Part shown: piece after piece, positions 38,918-49,728 of the stretch
How the letters are laid out: each line of letters starts with the position of its first letter
How positions within the stretch are numbered: the first letter of the stretch is position 1
The notes under the pieces: model-generated
The model's database searches: none
What the model saw: only the letters and a program-made list of their open reading frames with translations
Told to the model about the DNA's origin: nothing
Program-made: the position numbers and the translations under genes
Assembly (NCBI GenBank): GCA_964481345.1
Contig: CAYZTC010000001.1
Coordinates: forward strand, 71,766-135,765
DNA: 64,000 bases
Direction of reading: 5' to 3'
Source of the DNA: an uncultured Candidatus Saccharibacteria bacterium
Lineage (GTDB): Bacteria; Patescibacteriota; Dojkabacteria; SC72; JAFGCJ01

Positions 38918-39211
38918 ATGGCAAATTTACCATCATCAAAAAAAGCCGCAAGACAAACAAAAAAGAGAACCAGTCGAAACGAGAAGGCAAGAAGCAAGAT
39001 AAATAGTCTTGTAAAAAAGACTCTGAAGTTAGTCAGTCTTGGTGAAGAAAAGCTTGCAAAACAGCAGCTTAAGTCTACATATAAAGCAATCGATAAGGCA
39101 GCAAAGAAAAATATCGTTCATCCCAATAAAGCTGCCAGGATGAAATCCAGTCTCGCAAAGAAAATTAGTAACATTAATAAGGATGTCAAAACTGCTCCGA
39201 AAAATTCTTAA
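38918..39211 (+). CDS. rpsT: 30S ribosomal protein S20
   Basis: MANLPSSKK..RN..IDKAAKKNIVHPNKAARMKS. Confidence 0.96.
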   Translation: MANLPSSKKAARQTKKRTSRNEKARSKINSLVKKTLKLVSLGEEKLAKQQLKSTYKAIDKAAKKNIVHPNKAARMKSSLAKKISNINKDVKTAPKNS

Positions 39212-39734
39212 GGCAGCAGTGTTTCCAGCTGCCCTCTTGATTGTCAGTAAACTAGCAGGACTGTCGCTGGTTAATAAGATATTTGATTTAGGTTGGGAGC
39301 TTGAAACAAACATCGGAACTTTGTTTTCTGTAAGAATAAGCTACCCAGACTCCTCTTCTGTATTAGTAAGCAACTCATACTCAAATCTTATAATGTTAAT
39401 TGCAATGTTACTTGGTACGGCCATAGTAATATTCCAGGGATATTTTCTTCACACTTCACACCAAAACCCAAGAGTTCTTGTAAAGCTAATGGACATCAAT
39501 TTTATTATGTGGATGACTGACAGCGAAACCCTCTTTCCAAAACTTGCCGTTTGGATCGGTTTCCTATGGGTTACAACTCTAATAATAATTACCCAGACAA
39601 CTCAGGGAATATCTGATCCCTGGATAGCAACTTTCGCCCTTGTATTAACAATTATCGTGACATGGCTGGCCATAATGGACTTTGAAAGGGAAATTGACAC
39701 AATAATTCCAGAAAATGGTAAACTAGGAGTATGA
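39183..39734 (+). CDS. Hypothetical membrane protein
   Basis: Four TM segments; overlaps the rpsT end. Confidence 0.72.
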   Translation: MSKLLRKILKAAVFPAALLIVSKLAGLSLVNKIFDLGWELETNIGTLFSVRISYPDSSSVLVSNSYSNLIMLIAMLLGTAIVIFQGYFLHTSHQNPRVLVKLMDINFIMWMTDSETLFPKLAVWIGFLWVTTLIIITQTTQGISDPWIATFALVLTIIVTWLAIMDFEREIDTIIPENGKLGV

Positions 39735-40291
39735 CAAAACGCCCAAAATCATCATCATGGTTTGAAAAATTTGCAGATCCTTTTCTTGTGTTTGCGATAT
39801 TTGCTCTGTTTATTATTCCAGCAATTACAGTATTCAATCTTACTCCCATTCAATTCAGCAAACCTAAGGATGATTCAGTACTAGGTATCGCAGAAACTGA
39901 TATTGTTACCATCACCGAAAGTTCAGAAGAAAATGATGGCATTTCTGTCATTTCTCTTGATCAACCTAATGATAGAAGCTATCAGTTCGAAATAAAGCAT
40001 CTCACACATACCGCCGGAAAATATGAGAACCTAATTTTCACAGCAGAAAATCATACAGATGAAAAAAGAAGTATTAAAGTTACATCAAAGCTAGAGATTA
40101 CAGATCCAGGCTCGAAAGTTTCACTTAAGGCAGGGGGTATGAATTATGTATTACTAAAAGAAGATGGCACCCTTTATCCTGCAACAATATACTTAGATCC
40201 AAATGAAAAACTTGAAGTATCACTCATCATTGAAAGCCCAGTTGACATAAACTTCATCTCCTACATCAATCTAGATGTTTATACCGAGTAG
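39731..40291 (+). CDS. Hypothetical membrane-anchored protein
   Basis: N-terminal TM, 'VLG' motif, beta-rich domain; ATGA overlap with the previous gene. Confidence 0.7.
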   Translation: MTKRPKSSSWFEKFADPFLVFAIFALFIIPAITVFNLTPIQFSKPKDDSVLGIAETDIVTITESSEENDGISVISLDQPNDRSYQFEIKHLTHTAGKYENLIFTAENHTDEKRSIKVTSKLEITDPGSKVSLKAGGMNYVLLKEDGTLYPATIYLDPNEKLEVSLIIESPVDINFISYINLDVYTE

Positions 40292-40310
40292 ATTTATTAA
40301 GCAGGCATTT

Positions 40311-40715
40311 TCAACAGTTTTTCTTGTCTATTAGTGACTCCATAACACCAAATACATTTCTTTCACAATTAAGAACTTGAGAAAGGTTATTCACAACAAA
40401 GTTCAACAAGCTAGCGTCCTTTAGAACTTCAAAAACCATTACTCCATTACTTTGAATTGCGTTAATCCACCTAGGCGTTAAAATATCTCTCCAGTAAGTA
40501 TAAGGATCCTCAAAGGAGCCCAACACTTTTTCATAACTGCCCTCTCTCGACTCTAATTCTTCCACAATAATTTTCAGGTAGCTAACTAAAGAAGTGTATT
40601 CCATATTATCCATTAAATTGAACACTGAAATAGACGAAGGTATCTCCTTTAACAACGTTTCATCTGAGGCATTAGATATTGAAATTCTAAATAACTCTTT
40701 AGTTTCCTCGTTCAT
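40311..40715 (-). CDS. Hypothetical protein
   Basis: Abuts the upstream regulator gene. Confidence 0.6.
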   Translation of the reverse strand: MNEETKELFRISISNASDETLLKEIPSSISVFNLMDNMEYTSLVSYLKIIVEELESREGSYEKVLGSFEDPYTYWRDILTPRWINAIQSNGVMVFEVLKDASLLNFVVNNLSQVLNCERNVFGVMESLIDKKNC

Positions 40716-41807
40716 TTATTTTTCACTAAATATATATCCTTTACCGTGGGCAGTGAGGATGGTATCGCGTGGGATTTCGAGTAGTTCAAGTTTGTCCCTA
40801 ATTCTTCTGATAAGTTGAGAGATTGCAGATTCAGAATATTTTTCAAGTATCCTAGTTTTCCAGAGTGTAGTTGCTATGTCATCTTTTGAAATAATGTCTC
40901 CCTTTGATTGATATAAAAGCTTTAGTACATCTAATTCCTGTTCTGAAAATATATAAGTAACAGACATATTTCCTACCTTTACCCTGTTTCCAACAAAAGA
41001 AATTGAGTTAGTCATCAGTAATTTCCGTATTCCAGCATGCTCCTTCAAATACAAATACGGATCATCACCATTCTTCATACCAGCCAAGGCCATACAACAC
41101 GCTTTAATAAGCATTGGCCTTCCTCTTGAAATTCTCCTAATTGCCTTTATCTCTTTTTCATCAAACCTTTTTCCTAAAACATTTGACCATCTCTTAATTG
41201 AGTATTTAACATCGGCATCAGCTACCTCATTAAATTCTACAACTCTTTGGTTAAGTAACTCTGAAATTCTAGAAAACCTTTTGTCATCTAAATTAAATCC
41301 CCCCGTATAGGCAATAAAAACAATACCTAGATTATCAACGCCAGATACAAAAGAACGAATATTGCCCCAAAAGTATTTATCTGCAAAATCTAGATAGTTT
41401 ATTGCCCTGAAAAACAGCACAACCTTTTTCCTTTGTGTCAGCTCCGCTAATCTCTTTCTAATATCCTTCAATAATCTGCTATACCTCTTGCTAAACCTCT
41501 TATCACCAAGTTCACTATAAACCAGCCTCATATACTCATACTTATTCCCACCCTCAAGATCATCCGAGTCAACAAACACAAACTGACAATCTCCTATACT
41601 AACATCCATATTCCACCTTTCAACCAAATACCCAAACTCCTCAATAAAAAATTTTGGAAGTGCCCTACCACCTCCAAAATTATTCTTAACTATAAAAGTT
41701 ACAGGAAATCCCCCAATCGCTGGTAACATAATCTCCCTAAATAGTCGCCTTGTGCTACTCTCGGTCAGAGGAAAGAAAAATTGTGATTTTCTAGATAACT
41801 TTTTCAC
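40716..41807 (-). CDS. Degenerate AAA-like domain plus C-terminal OmpR/PhoB-type winged-helix DNA-binding domain
   Basis: C-terminus ISKDDIATTLW...ISQLIRRIRDKL...TAHGKGY; SRGRP reminiscent of GxP. Confidence 0.7.
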   Translation of the reverse strand: MKKLSRKSQFFFPLTESSTRRLFREIMLPAIGGFPVTFIVKNNFGGGRALPKFFIEEFGYLVERWNMDVSIGDCQFVFVDSDDLEGGNKYEYMRLVYSELGDKRFSKRYSRLLKDIRKRLAELTQRKKVVLFFRAINYLDFADKYFWGNIRSFVSGVDNLGIVFIAYTGGFNLDDKRFSRISELLNQRVVEFNEVADADVKYSIKRWSNVLGKRFDEKEIKAIRRISRGRPMLIKACCMALAGMKNGDDPYLYLKEHAGIRKLLMTNSISFVGNRVKVGNMSVTYIFSEQELDVLKLLYQSKGDIISKDDIATTLWKTRILEKYSESAISQLIRRIRDKLELLEIPRDTILTAHGKGYIFSEK

Positions 41808-41909
41808 CAGCGGTATGGTTAATTTAACTGATGGCAGTTATCCGGTTGGGATTATATCAATAATTTACCCTTTACAACAAACAAAATTTCGCTTATAAAG
41901 AAGTTCGCA

Positions 41910-43703
41910 ATGAACAAGATCAGAAATTTTTCAATAATTGCACACATAGACCATGGCAAATCTACCCTGTCAGACAGATTTCTAGAGATTACCGGGCTAA
42001 AAGACCCAAAAGATAAAAAATCATCAAGAGTACTTGATAGACTCGAACTTGAACAAGAAAAAGGCATTACAATCAAACTCCAAGCGGTAAGAATGCAATA
42101 CAAAGGATACACATTAAACCTTATCGATACCCCGGGACACGTAGATTTTTCATACGAAGTATCCAGATCACTTACGGCCTGTGAAGGAGCGATCCTCCTT
42201 GTAGATGCAACCCAAGGAGTACAAGCACAAACAATATCAAACCTAAGAAATGCTCTCAACCTAAACCTAGAGATTATCCCAGTCCTAAACAAAATTGATG
42301 TGGAAGGAATAGATATTGAAGAAAGAATAAAAGAGTTCTGTGATATCACAGGATTTCTCAAAGATGAAGTCCTGCTTGCCTCAGGTAAAACTGGAGAAGG
42401 AACTGAAAAAATCCTTCGAGAAATAATCGATAAAATTCCACCACCATCGGGAAAGAAAAGCTTACCTCTTAGAGCATTAATCTTTGACTCGTTCTATAAC
42501 GAACACAAAGGTGTCATTGCTGCAGTTAGAATCGTAGATGGAAAACTAAAATACGATAATCAAACACCACTATACCTTTTAAAAAATAAAGGACAATTTA
42601 CTTCAAAAGAAATTGGATATTTCACACCAGATTTTTCTCCATCAAAAAAACTAAAAACTGGAGAGGTAGGATATATTGCCACTGGATTAAAAGATATAAA
42701 ACTTTTTACAGTTGGAGATACCATCTCAGATGATCCAAAAACAAACCCATTATCTGGATATCAAAGTCCAAAGCCCATGGTATTTGCCACCCTGTTTCCT
42801 ACTGAGCCAGATGACTTTCCAGACTTTTCTGAAGCCATAAATAAACTCAGTATGAATGATGCGTCTCTTACGGTATCTCCACAAAAATCAAACATCCTTG
42901 GATCTGGATATAAATGTGGATTTCTAGGAATGCTACATATGGAAATTATCCAAGAAAGACTTGACCGAGAATACGAAGTACCAATAATAATTACTGCACC
43001 ATCGGTAGAATACAAGGCCAAGTTAACTGACGGAAACCAACTGTTAATTCAGACCTCAGGAGACTTTCCTGACCCAAGTAAAATAAAAGAAACTCAAGAG
43101 CCCTGGATAGAAATAGAACTATTTACGCCGGAAGAGTACATTGGAGAGATGATGGAACTTAGTCAAAACAACAGAGCTATATACATAAACACGGAATACA
43201 TAAAAGCAGACAGAGACTTTTCAATAAGATACGTTGTACTCAAATACGAAATGCCCATGATGTCACTAATCACAAACTTTTTCGATAGAGTAAAATCACT
43301 ATCACACGGTTATGCATCCATAGATTATTACCCAATCGAGTACAGACCCTCAGACATCGTAAAGGTCTCTATACTTGTTAACAAAGATGAAGTACCAGCA
43401 TTAAGCTTTTTGTCACACAGAAACTCAGCAGAGCAAAAATCAAGAAAAGTCCTAGAAACCCTTAAAAATTCCATACCCAGACATCAGTTCAAGATTGCTC
43501 TTCAATCAGCAATCGGTGGAAAAATAATTGCAAGAAAAGATATAAGTGCCCGAAGAAAAGATGTAACTGCTAAACTATATGGTGGAGACGTAACAAGAAA
43601 AAGAAAGCTCCTAGAGAAACAAAAGAAAGGCAAAAAGAAACTAAGAGAAATCGGTGGAGTAAATATCCCACAGAAGGCATTCCTTGCCGTTGTACAATCA
43701 TGA
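41910..43703 (+). CDS. lepA: Elongation factor 4
   Basis: IRNFSIIAHIDHGKSTL, GFLGMLHMEI, KLYGGDVTRKRKLLEKQK. Confidence 0.97.
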   Translation: MNKIRNFSIIAHIDHGKSTLSDRFLEITGLKDPKDKKSSRVLDRLELEQEKGITIKLQAVRMQYKGYTLNLIDTPGHVDFSYEVSRSLTACEGAILLVDATQGVQAQTISNLRNALNLNLEIIPVLNKIDVEGIDIEERIKEFCDITGFLKDEVLLASGKTGEGTEKILREIIDKIPPPSGKKSLPLRALIFDSFYNEHKGVIAAVRIVDGKLKYDNQTPLYLLKNKGQFTSKEIGYFTPDFSPSKKLKTGEVGYIATGLKDIKLFTVGDTISDDPKTNPLSGYQSPKPMVFATLFPTEPDDFPDFSEAINKLSMNDASLTVSPQKSNILGSGYKCGFLGMLHMEIIQERLDREYEVPIIITAPSVEYKAKLTDGNQLLIQTSGDFPDPSKIKETQEPWIEIELFTPEEYIGEMMELSQNNRAIYINTEYIKADRDFSIRYVVLKYEMPMMSLITNFFDRVKSLSHGYASIDYYPIEYRPSDIVKVSILVNKDEVPALSFLSHRNSAEQKSRKVLETLKNSIPRHQFKIALQSAIGGKIIARKDISARRKDVTAKLYGGDVTRKRKLLEKQKKGKKKLREIGGVNIPQKAFLAVVQS

Positions 43704-44809
43704 GAATACAAAAACTAAAAATATACAACTTCAGACGGTTTGAAAAGAAAGAACTCAAATTTGATAACGATATTTCTGTTATTGTTGGCCCCAATGCAAA
43801 AGGGAAAAGCACTATAATTGAAGCTGTTCATATGCTTTCAACTGGTCAATCCCCTTGGACCTCAGACAATTCGGCAATAGTTAGATACCTTCCAAAAGGT
43901 AAACCAAAAGATGGAAGGATTGAAGCAGATGTGAAAATAAACAGCGCTATTAAAAACATTGCTCTTATAATCAAAAGCAACAACGGTTCTACAGTTAAAC
44001 AGTATAAAATAAATAACAAACCAACCACTAAGTCAAAGTTTATTCAAAACCTTAGTACTGTAATTTTCAGCCCTGATTTAATAGATGTACTTATGTTCGA
44101 GCCAAGACAAAGAAGGCTCTTCTTAGACTCATACATCTCAAAAACGGATATTGAATACGAAGACCAAATCCAAAAATTCGAAAAGTCAATAAGACAAAGA
44201 AACAGTTTACTCAAGATGCTTTCGAAAAAAAATGTAATCACCCAATCAGACAGAAATAACTTGAAATTCTGGACAGACAAAATTATTAACTTTGGCACAG
44301 CAATCACACTGAAAAGAATAGAGTTTGTAGAAAAAATAAACCAGGTCAATCTTAAACTATATCCCAATATTATTAAGTACAAGCCAAGTTTGGAAATAAC
44401 AGAAATTGAAGCACTCGCTGACACAAAGTACGTCAAAAGAACATATAAAGAAATGCTTAATAAAAAATTTACTAAAGAGGTCGCACTCGGAATAACCCTT
44501 GTAGGACCGCACAGAGACGACTGGATCCTCACCTACAAAGGAAAGAACTTAAACAAATATGGATCAAGAGGTGAAAAAAGAATGGCTATTTCAGATATTG
44601 CATTTAAAATGAATCAGCTGCTCACTGAACAATACAATGAGACCCCTGTTATTCTTTTGGATGACATCTCATCAGAGCTTGATGAAAAGAATATAAAAAG
44701 ACTTTTTAATGAAAAGATTCAGCCAGGCCAGCAAACAATAATTACAACCACCAATCAAAAAGAACTTGAAAGACATACCGGAAAGCATTCTCAAATCATA
44801 AAGCTATAA
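43700..44809 (+). CDS. recF: DNA replication/repair protein RecF
   Basis: GPNAKGKS, GPHRDD, GSRGE, LLDDISSELD. Confidence 0.94.
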   Translation: MRIQKLKIYNFRRFEKKELKFDNDISVIVGPNAKGKSTIIEAVHMLSTGQSPWTSDNSAIVRYLPKGKPKDGRIEADVKINSAIKNIALIIKSNNGSTVKQYKINNKPTTKSKFIQNLSTVIFSPDLIDVLMFEPRQRRLFLDSYISKTDIEYEDQIQKFEKSIRQRNSLLKMLSKKNVITQSDRNNLKFWTDKIINFGTAITLKRIEFVEKINQVNLKLYPNIIKYKPSLEITEIEALADTKYVKRTYKEMLNKKFTKEVALGITLVGPHRDDWILTYKGKNLNKYGSRGEKRMAISDIAFKMNQLLTEQYNETPVILLDDISSELDEKNIKRLFNEKIQPGQQTIITTTNQKELERHTGKHSQIIKL

Positions 44810-45625
44810 CTTCTCCTCAAGCATATCTCTCCTCTTTTCCCACACTTTATTTTCATCAAAAAAGGTTACTCTGTTCCTAGAAATACTAGAGTTCTTCATT
44901 GAATGTTTCATTATTTTCATAAATACAATCTGAAGCCTCATTGCAAGATAATCCAGTATATCAATAAACTGCGAAATAATGGATATTCTTATAAACTTTA
45001 TTTGCTCATACTTAGGAATTTTTAACTCCGGAAAGTATTCTTTGACCCATCTGTTTTCTGAAAGCAGCACACCATAATATTCTTTTTTGTAAACTGACTT
45101 TAACATTACAGTTTCGAGAGCTGTCAAAAATCTATAATTTCGTTTTATGTCCAGACTCAAATTTTCCTCAGAAGTATAAAAGTTGATACATAACTTGTCC
45201 TTTGTTTGCTTCTTCCAAAGTACCCTTCTCACTCCCAGGAAATAAAACAGTACTGCCTCTATTCCTCTAGTCAGCCACAATCTATTTTTGGCGGTCACAA
45301 TAAAAATATCTATATCTGATTCCTCTTCGGCATTACCGAACGAAACGGCTCCAGAAACAGCGGCGAATCTCACCCAGGGAATAAATTTAAATAGCCTAGC
45401 CAATTTTCTAGCATATTTTATCTTCCTAGCACTCACCCTCAGTTTAGTTTTATTTAAAAGTACCTCTTTTCTACCCACCAAACCCCCACTTACAATATAT
45501 TCTTTATTATACTTAAGATACCGCCCTACAACATCCCTTCCATATAAACCATAAAGAGTGGATAATTTCACAGGACACTTGTATATATCTTCAAGGATTA
45601 GTAATTTATTAAGGCTATTTTCCAA
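44804..45625 (-). CDS. Pol-beta-like nucleotidyltransferase domain protein
   Basis: VSGAVS....ESDIDIFIV, RLWLTR, KLCINF. Confidence 0.75.
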   Translation of the reverse strand: MENSLNKLLILEDIYKCPVKLSTLYGLYGRDVVGRYLKYNKEYIVSGGLVGRKEVLLNKTKLRVSARKIKYARKLARLFKFIPWVRFAAVSGAVSFGNAEEESDIDIFIVTAKNRLWLTRGIEAVLFYFLGVRRVLWKKQTKDKLCINFYTSEENLSLDIKRNYRFLTALETVMLKSVYKKEYYGVLLSENRWVKEYFPELKIPKYEQIKFIRISIISQFIDILDYLAMRLQIVFMKIMKHSMKNSSISRNRVTFFDENKVWEKRRDMLEEKL

Positions 45626-45686
45626 TCTATATCAAATTTGTTAAACTTATTGATTGAATCGATTATACTACCAATATTATTACTTT

Positions 45687-46745
45687 ATGAAGAGTCACGC
45701 TGTCCCACAAGAAATAATGTCAATGGAGTTTAAACTCTTTGGTAACTTCATGACATTAAGAGAATTTATATTTGTAGCTTCAGGAATAGCCTTAGCCTGG
45801 TTTTTTTATATACTAAAAAACACCGGCGTGCTTCCTCCAATACTCGCTTGGCCCGCTATTATTACGTTTGGAGTTGGAGGTGCAATATTCGGATTACTAC
45901 CCCTACAAGATAGAACAATCGACCAATGGATCCTCAATTTCATACTCGCAATAAGAAAACCTACCCTCAGAATATGGAAAAAACCTGGATTTGAGCCTAT
46001 TACAAAAGAAGATAAAGAGATTGTCTCACTGAAAGGCAGACTCGTTCCACCGGTAAAACCCAAGGCCTCTCACTCCACCAAAAAAATTGTATCAGCACAA
46101 GAAAAAGTTACAGATGAGCAGGCAGAAAAACAGGTACAAGCAAGCCTTTCAAGAATAGATAACACCATTTCACAAGTGGAAAGAGGACTTCAATCTGTCC
46201 CAAGACGACCAAAGCCTGTCCAAACTCCAGCACCACAACCAGTGCAACAAATAAAAGCAAGACCAATGGTATATAAAAGGAAAATGATCACTAAGGGCTC
46301 TGTTAACTTAATAGAACCACAAATTTCAAAACAGGGTACAAAGCCTAAACCTACCTTAAAACAACCCACTGTAATTCCAACCGCTCAGCCAGTTCAGCCT
46401 GTCAAAACAAGTAAAAAAGTCATCGAGCTAAACGACTCAACCTTTCAAAAATATGCATCACCTGAAGAAATACCAAACTTGCAGAAGCATCCAAACACAT
46501 TGAACATGATAGTTAAAGATAAAGAAGGAAAAATAGTTGAGGGGGTTGTATGTGTAATTAAAAATCCTGAGGGAAGTCCAATAAGAGCTGCAGTATCAAA
46601 TGACTTTGGACAGATTATTAATAACAACCCTTTGGATAACGGCAAATATAAGGTAACATTATCAAAAGAAGGAATGGGCTTTCCAGAATTAAGCATGGAT
46701 CTTTCAGGGAAAAACTATCCAATTTTAGAAATTACTGCCCAATAA
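45687..46745 (+). CDS. PrgI family protein with C-terminal carboxypeptidase-regulatory-like domain
   Basis: HAVPQ..EFKLFG.MTLREF, two TMs, PTLRIWKK; start moved to ATG 45687. Confidence 0.8.
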   Translation: MKSHAVPQEIMSMEFKLFGNFMTLREFIFVASGIALAWFFYILKNTGVLPPILAWPAIITFGVGGAIFGLLPLQDRTIDQWILNFILAIRKPTLRIWKKPGFEPITKEDKEIVSLKGRLVPPVKPKASHSTKKIVSAQEKVTDEQAEKQVQASLSRIDNTISQVERGLQSVPRRPKPVQTPAPQPVQQIKARPMVYKRKMITKGSVNLIEPQISKQGTKPKPTLKQPTVIPTAQPVQPVKTSKKVIELNDSTFQKYASPEEIPNLQKHPNTLNMIVKDKEGKIVEGVVCVIKNPEGSPIRAAVSNDFGQIINNNPLDNGKYKVTLSKEGMGFPELSMDLSGKNYPILEITAQ

Positions 46746-47410
46746 TGCCATCTATTGATACGTCAAAATTACCATCAACACAAGAACACCTAGACATTGA
46801 GGTAATAATGGACGACCTTGTAATTCTTAAGGATGGGACATTTGCACTTGTAATGCAGACTACCGCTGTCAACTTTGATCTACTATCAGAGCCAGAGCAG
46901 GATGCAAAGATAATGCTTTTTGGTCAACTTTTGAACTCTCTAAACCACTCCTTCCAGATTTTGATTAGAACAAAAACCGTAAACATCAGCAATTATATCG
47001 ACTACTTAAGATCGTTTGAGAAAAAGCAACTATCTGCAGGCCTAAAGAAGCAAATTGGCATATACACAAGGTTTGTCCAAAACTTAATAATAAAAAATGA
47101 GGTGTTAGATAAGAGCTTCTATATAGTAGTACCATATAGAACATTTGGTCCAATCAAGCCACCGAATCCGTTATCCCAGCTGAAGCAAGAAGATAAGAAA
47201 CAGTTCACAAATGCAGAAAAACAAATTGGACAGGCAAAATCATATCTGTTTCCTAAAAGAGATCATATTATTAAACAGATTCATAGAATAGGACTTCAGG
47301 CACACCAGCTAACATCAAAAGAACTTACAGAACTTTTCTATGAAATTTATAACATGGTAGAAAGCAAGATAGATTTCATTGAAGAAGGAGAACAAAATGA
47401 ACGAAAATAA
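46745..47410 (+). CDS. TraC-like / VirB4 N-terminal-like protein
   Basis: STQEHL, VNFDLLSEPEQ, LNSL..FQILIR, FYIVVP; between PrgI and VirB4. Confidence 0.72.
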   Translation: MPSIDTSKLPSTQEHLDIEVIMDDLVILKDGTFALVMQTTAVNFDLLSEPEQDAKIMLFGQLLNSLNHSFQILIRTKTVNISNYIDYLRSFEKKQLSAGLKKQIGIYTRFVQNLIIKNEVLDKSFYIVVPYRTFGPIKPPNPLSQLKQEDKKQFTNAEKQIGQAKSYLFPKRDHIIKQIHRIGLQAHQLTSKELTELFYEIYNMVESKIDFIEEGEQNERK

Positions 47411-49523
47411 TAACCAAAACAAACCAAGTACATCCCTACCAAAAAGGGAAGAAGTATTTGGACAACTAAGGGAGCACCTCACTCCACAGGACTTACTTAA
47501 CCAAAATATGAAGACAGACCAAAACTATGTTGCTCCAATTGAACCATCCCCTACCATAGAAATAAAGAAGAAGGAGGAAAGAAACATATTTAAGGCAATT
47601 ACTGCTGGGTTTAAGAGGAAAAAGAAAAGTGATATTGAAAAACCGGCCAAAAAGAGTAAAAAAGATCAATCAATAACAATCTCTGATCTTGTTGCACCAC
47701 CCAAAATTGTCGTAGATTTCAACCATGTAAAAGTAGGAGACAAGTATTATAGATCACTATTTGCATCAGGATATCCAAGATTCGTTGGACCAAACTGGCT
47801 TTCACCACTCATAAACTTTGAACACTCATTAACAATTAGTACCTTTTACTATCCGGTTGATACAAAAGATGTCCTGCACAAACTGAAAAGGAAGATCAGT
47901 GAAATGGAAGCAACAATTTACGGAGATGCGCAAAAGGGAAAGGTCGTTGATCCTAGTGTAAAAATAACACTTGGAGATGCTCAAAAACTACAAGAAGACA
48001 TTGCTGCAGGTACAGAAAAATTCTTCCACTTCGCAATGTACATAACGATCACTGCGGGTGATTTAAAGACACTCGATAAGATCACAAAAAATGCTACCTC
48101 CACCATGGCAGCAATTAATGTGACTGCTATACCGGCTACCCTCCAAATGGAACAGGCATTTTTAAGCTGTATGCCTGCAGGAACAGACAGACTGTACATA
48201 ACAAGGAATATGGATACTACCTCTCTGGCAACAACATTCCCTTTTGTAACTTCAGAACTAACGATGGATCATGGTGTACTTTTTGGAATGAACATGCACA
48301 ACAAGAGTCTTGTCATCTTCGACAGATTTGAAATGGAAAATGCAAACTCTGTAATTTTTGCAAAATCTGGTGCAGGAAAAAGTTACCTTGTAAAACTTGA
48401 AGCACTTAGAAGTCTCATGCTAGGCACCGAAATAATAATTGTTGACCCAGAAAAAGAATTTGAAAGAATGTGTCAGGCTGTAGATGGTGCCTATATCACA
48501 TTCTCACAAGATGAGGGTAGTAAAATAAACCCATTTGAACTCTCAGGGCTTGGTGACCCTGAGGACGATGAACTTAGAATGAAAATTCTTGCACTCCACG
48601 GGTTTTTTAAGGTGATATTTGGGGGGCTTACAAATATCGAAAGTTCGATAATGGATAAAGCACTTATCCTTACCTACAGAGAAAAGGGGATAACTACTGA
48701 TCCGGACACTCAAAGAAATGCTAAGCCGCCACTACTTGAAGACCTATACAAGATACTTCAAGGTATGGCAGAAAAAGAGGCACATGAACTAGCAAAAAGG
48801 TTAGAGAAATACATTATTGGAAGTGCAGCAGGAGTATTTAATGAGCCAAGTAATGTCACCATTAGCAATCCGTTCACAGTATTCAGCCTAAGAGATCTCC
48901 AGGAAGAACTCAGACCAATGGCAATGTATATGATGCTTGACTACATATGGACAAAGATTCGAAAAGATCTTAAAAGAAGACTTTTAATAGTAGATGAGGC
49001 ATGGCTAATGATGTCAAATGAAGATTCTGCAAAGTTTCTATATTCTATCGCCAAGAGGGCAAGAAAATATTACCTCGGATTAACCACAGTAACGCAGGAT
49101 GTCGAAGACTTTTTAAGAAGCGATTATGGAAGGGCTATTGTAACTAACTCGTCTATCCAGATACTCCTTAAACAAAGTACCCTGGCAATAGACCTCATAC
49201 AAAATGTGTTCAACCTATCTGATGGAGAAAAGCAGTTCCTTCTTTCTTGCGATATTGGAGAAGGCCTATTTTTTGCCGGACCAAACCATGTAGCAATAAA
49301 GGTTATTGCAAGTGTAGGAGAAAACTATCTAATCACATCAGATCCAAGGGATATTGAAAAAATTAAGGCTGGAATAATGAAATATGATCCCGAAAATATT
49401 GCAGAACTATCATCCGTGTTCGAAGCTGTATCTCTTCAGTCAAAAGTATCTCCCCCAAAAGGGGACCTACCTATAAAAATTACTCCAGATGAAGAATCAA
49501 CCAATACAAATAAATCCAAATGA
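47397..49523 (+). CDS. VirB4/TraE-like secretion ATPase
   Basis: AKSGAGKS, IVDPEKEF, INPF, IVDEAW, KRARKY..TQDV. Confidence 0.9.
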   Translation: MNENNNQNKPSTSLPKREEVFGQLREHLTPQDLLNQNMKTDQNYVAPIEPSPTIEIKKKEERNIFKAITAGFKRKKKSDIEKPAKKSKKDQSITISDLVAPPKIVVDFNHVKVGDKYYRSLFASGYPRFVGPNWLSPLINFEHSLTISTFYYPVDTKDVLHKLKRKISEMEATIYGDAQKGKVVDPSVKITLGDAQKLQEDIAAGTEKFFHFAMYITITAGDLKTLDKITKNATSTMAAINVTAIPATLQMEQAFLSCMPAGTDRLYITRNMDTTSLATTFPFVTSELTMDHGVLFGMNMHNKSLVIFDRFEMENANSVIFAKSGAGKSYLVKLEALRSLMLGTEIIIVDPEKEFERMCQAVDGAYITFSQDEGSKINPFELSGLGDPEDDELRMKILALHGFFKVIFGGLTNIESSIMDKALILTYREKGITTDPDTQRNAKPPLLEDLYKILQGMAEKEAHELAKRLEKYIIGSAAGVFNEPSNVTISNPFTVFSLRDLQEELRPMAMYMMLDYIWTKIRKDLKRRLLIVDEAWLMMSNEDSAKFLYSIAKRARKYYLGLTTVTQDVEDFLRSDYGRAIVTNSSIQILLKQSTLAIDLIQNVFNLSDGEKQFLLSCDIGEGLFFAGPNHVAIKVIASVGENYLITSDPRDIEKIKAGIMKYDPENIAELSSVFEAVSLQSKVSPPKGDLPIKITPDEESTNTNKSK

Positions 49524-49662
49524 TCTCCCCAAAGATCAAAAACTGGAAGATCTAAAGCAACTTGAAAAGGGTAAGGAAATAAAAGAATCTTCCACCACTG
49601 GCCAACCAGAGGAGCAAGAAGAAAGCACAACAAAACAAATAAACCCTTTTCGAAACGATTAA
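49489..49662 (+). CDS. Possible 57-aa ORF, or frameshifted tail of the VirB4-like gene
   Basis: MKNQPIQINPNDLPKDQKLEDLKQLEKGKEIKESSTTGQPEEQEESTTKQINPFRND*; overlaps the VirB4 end by 35 nt. Confidence 0.35.
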   Translation: MKNQPIQINPNDLPKDQKLEDLKQLEKGKEIKESSTTGQPEEQEESTTKQINPFRND

Positions 49663-49728
49663 GGCTACGATTCATATTTGAGCCTACTTTAACCCTAAAT
49701 CATTCATTAACAGAAATACAATTGTAGT

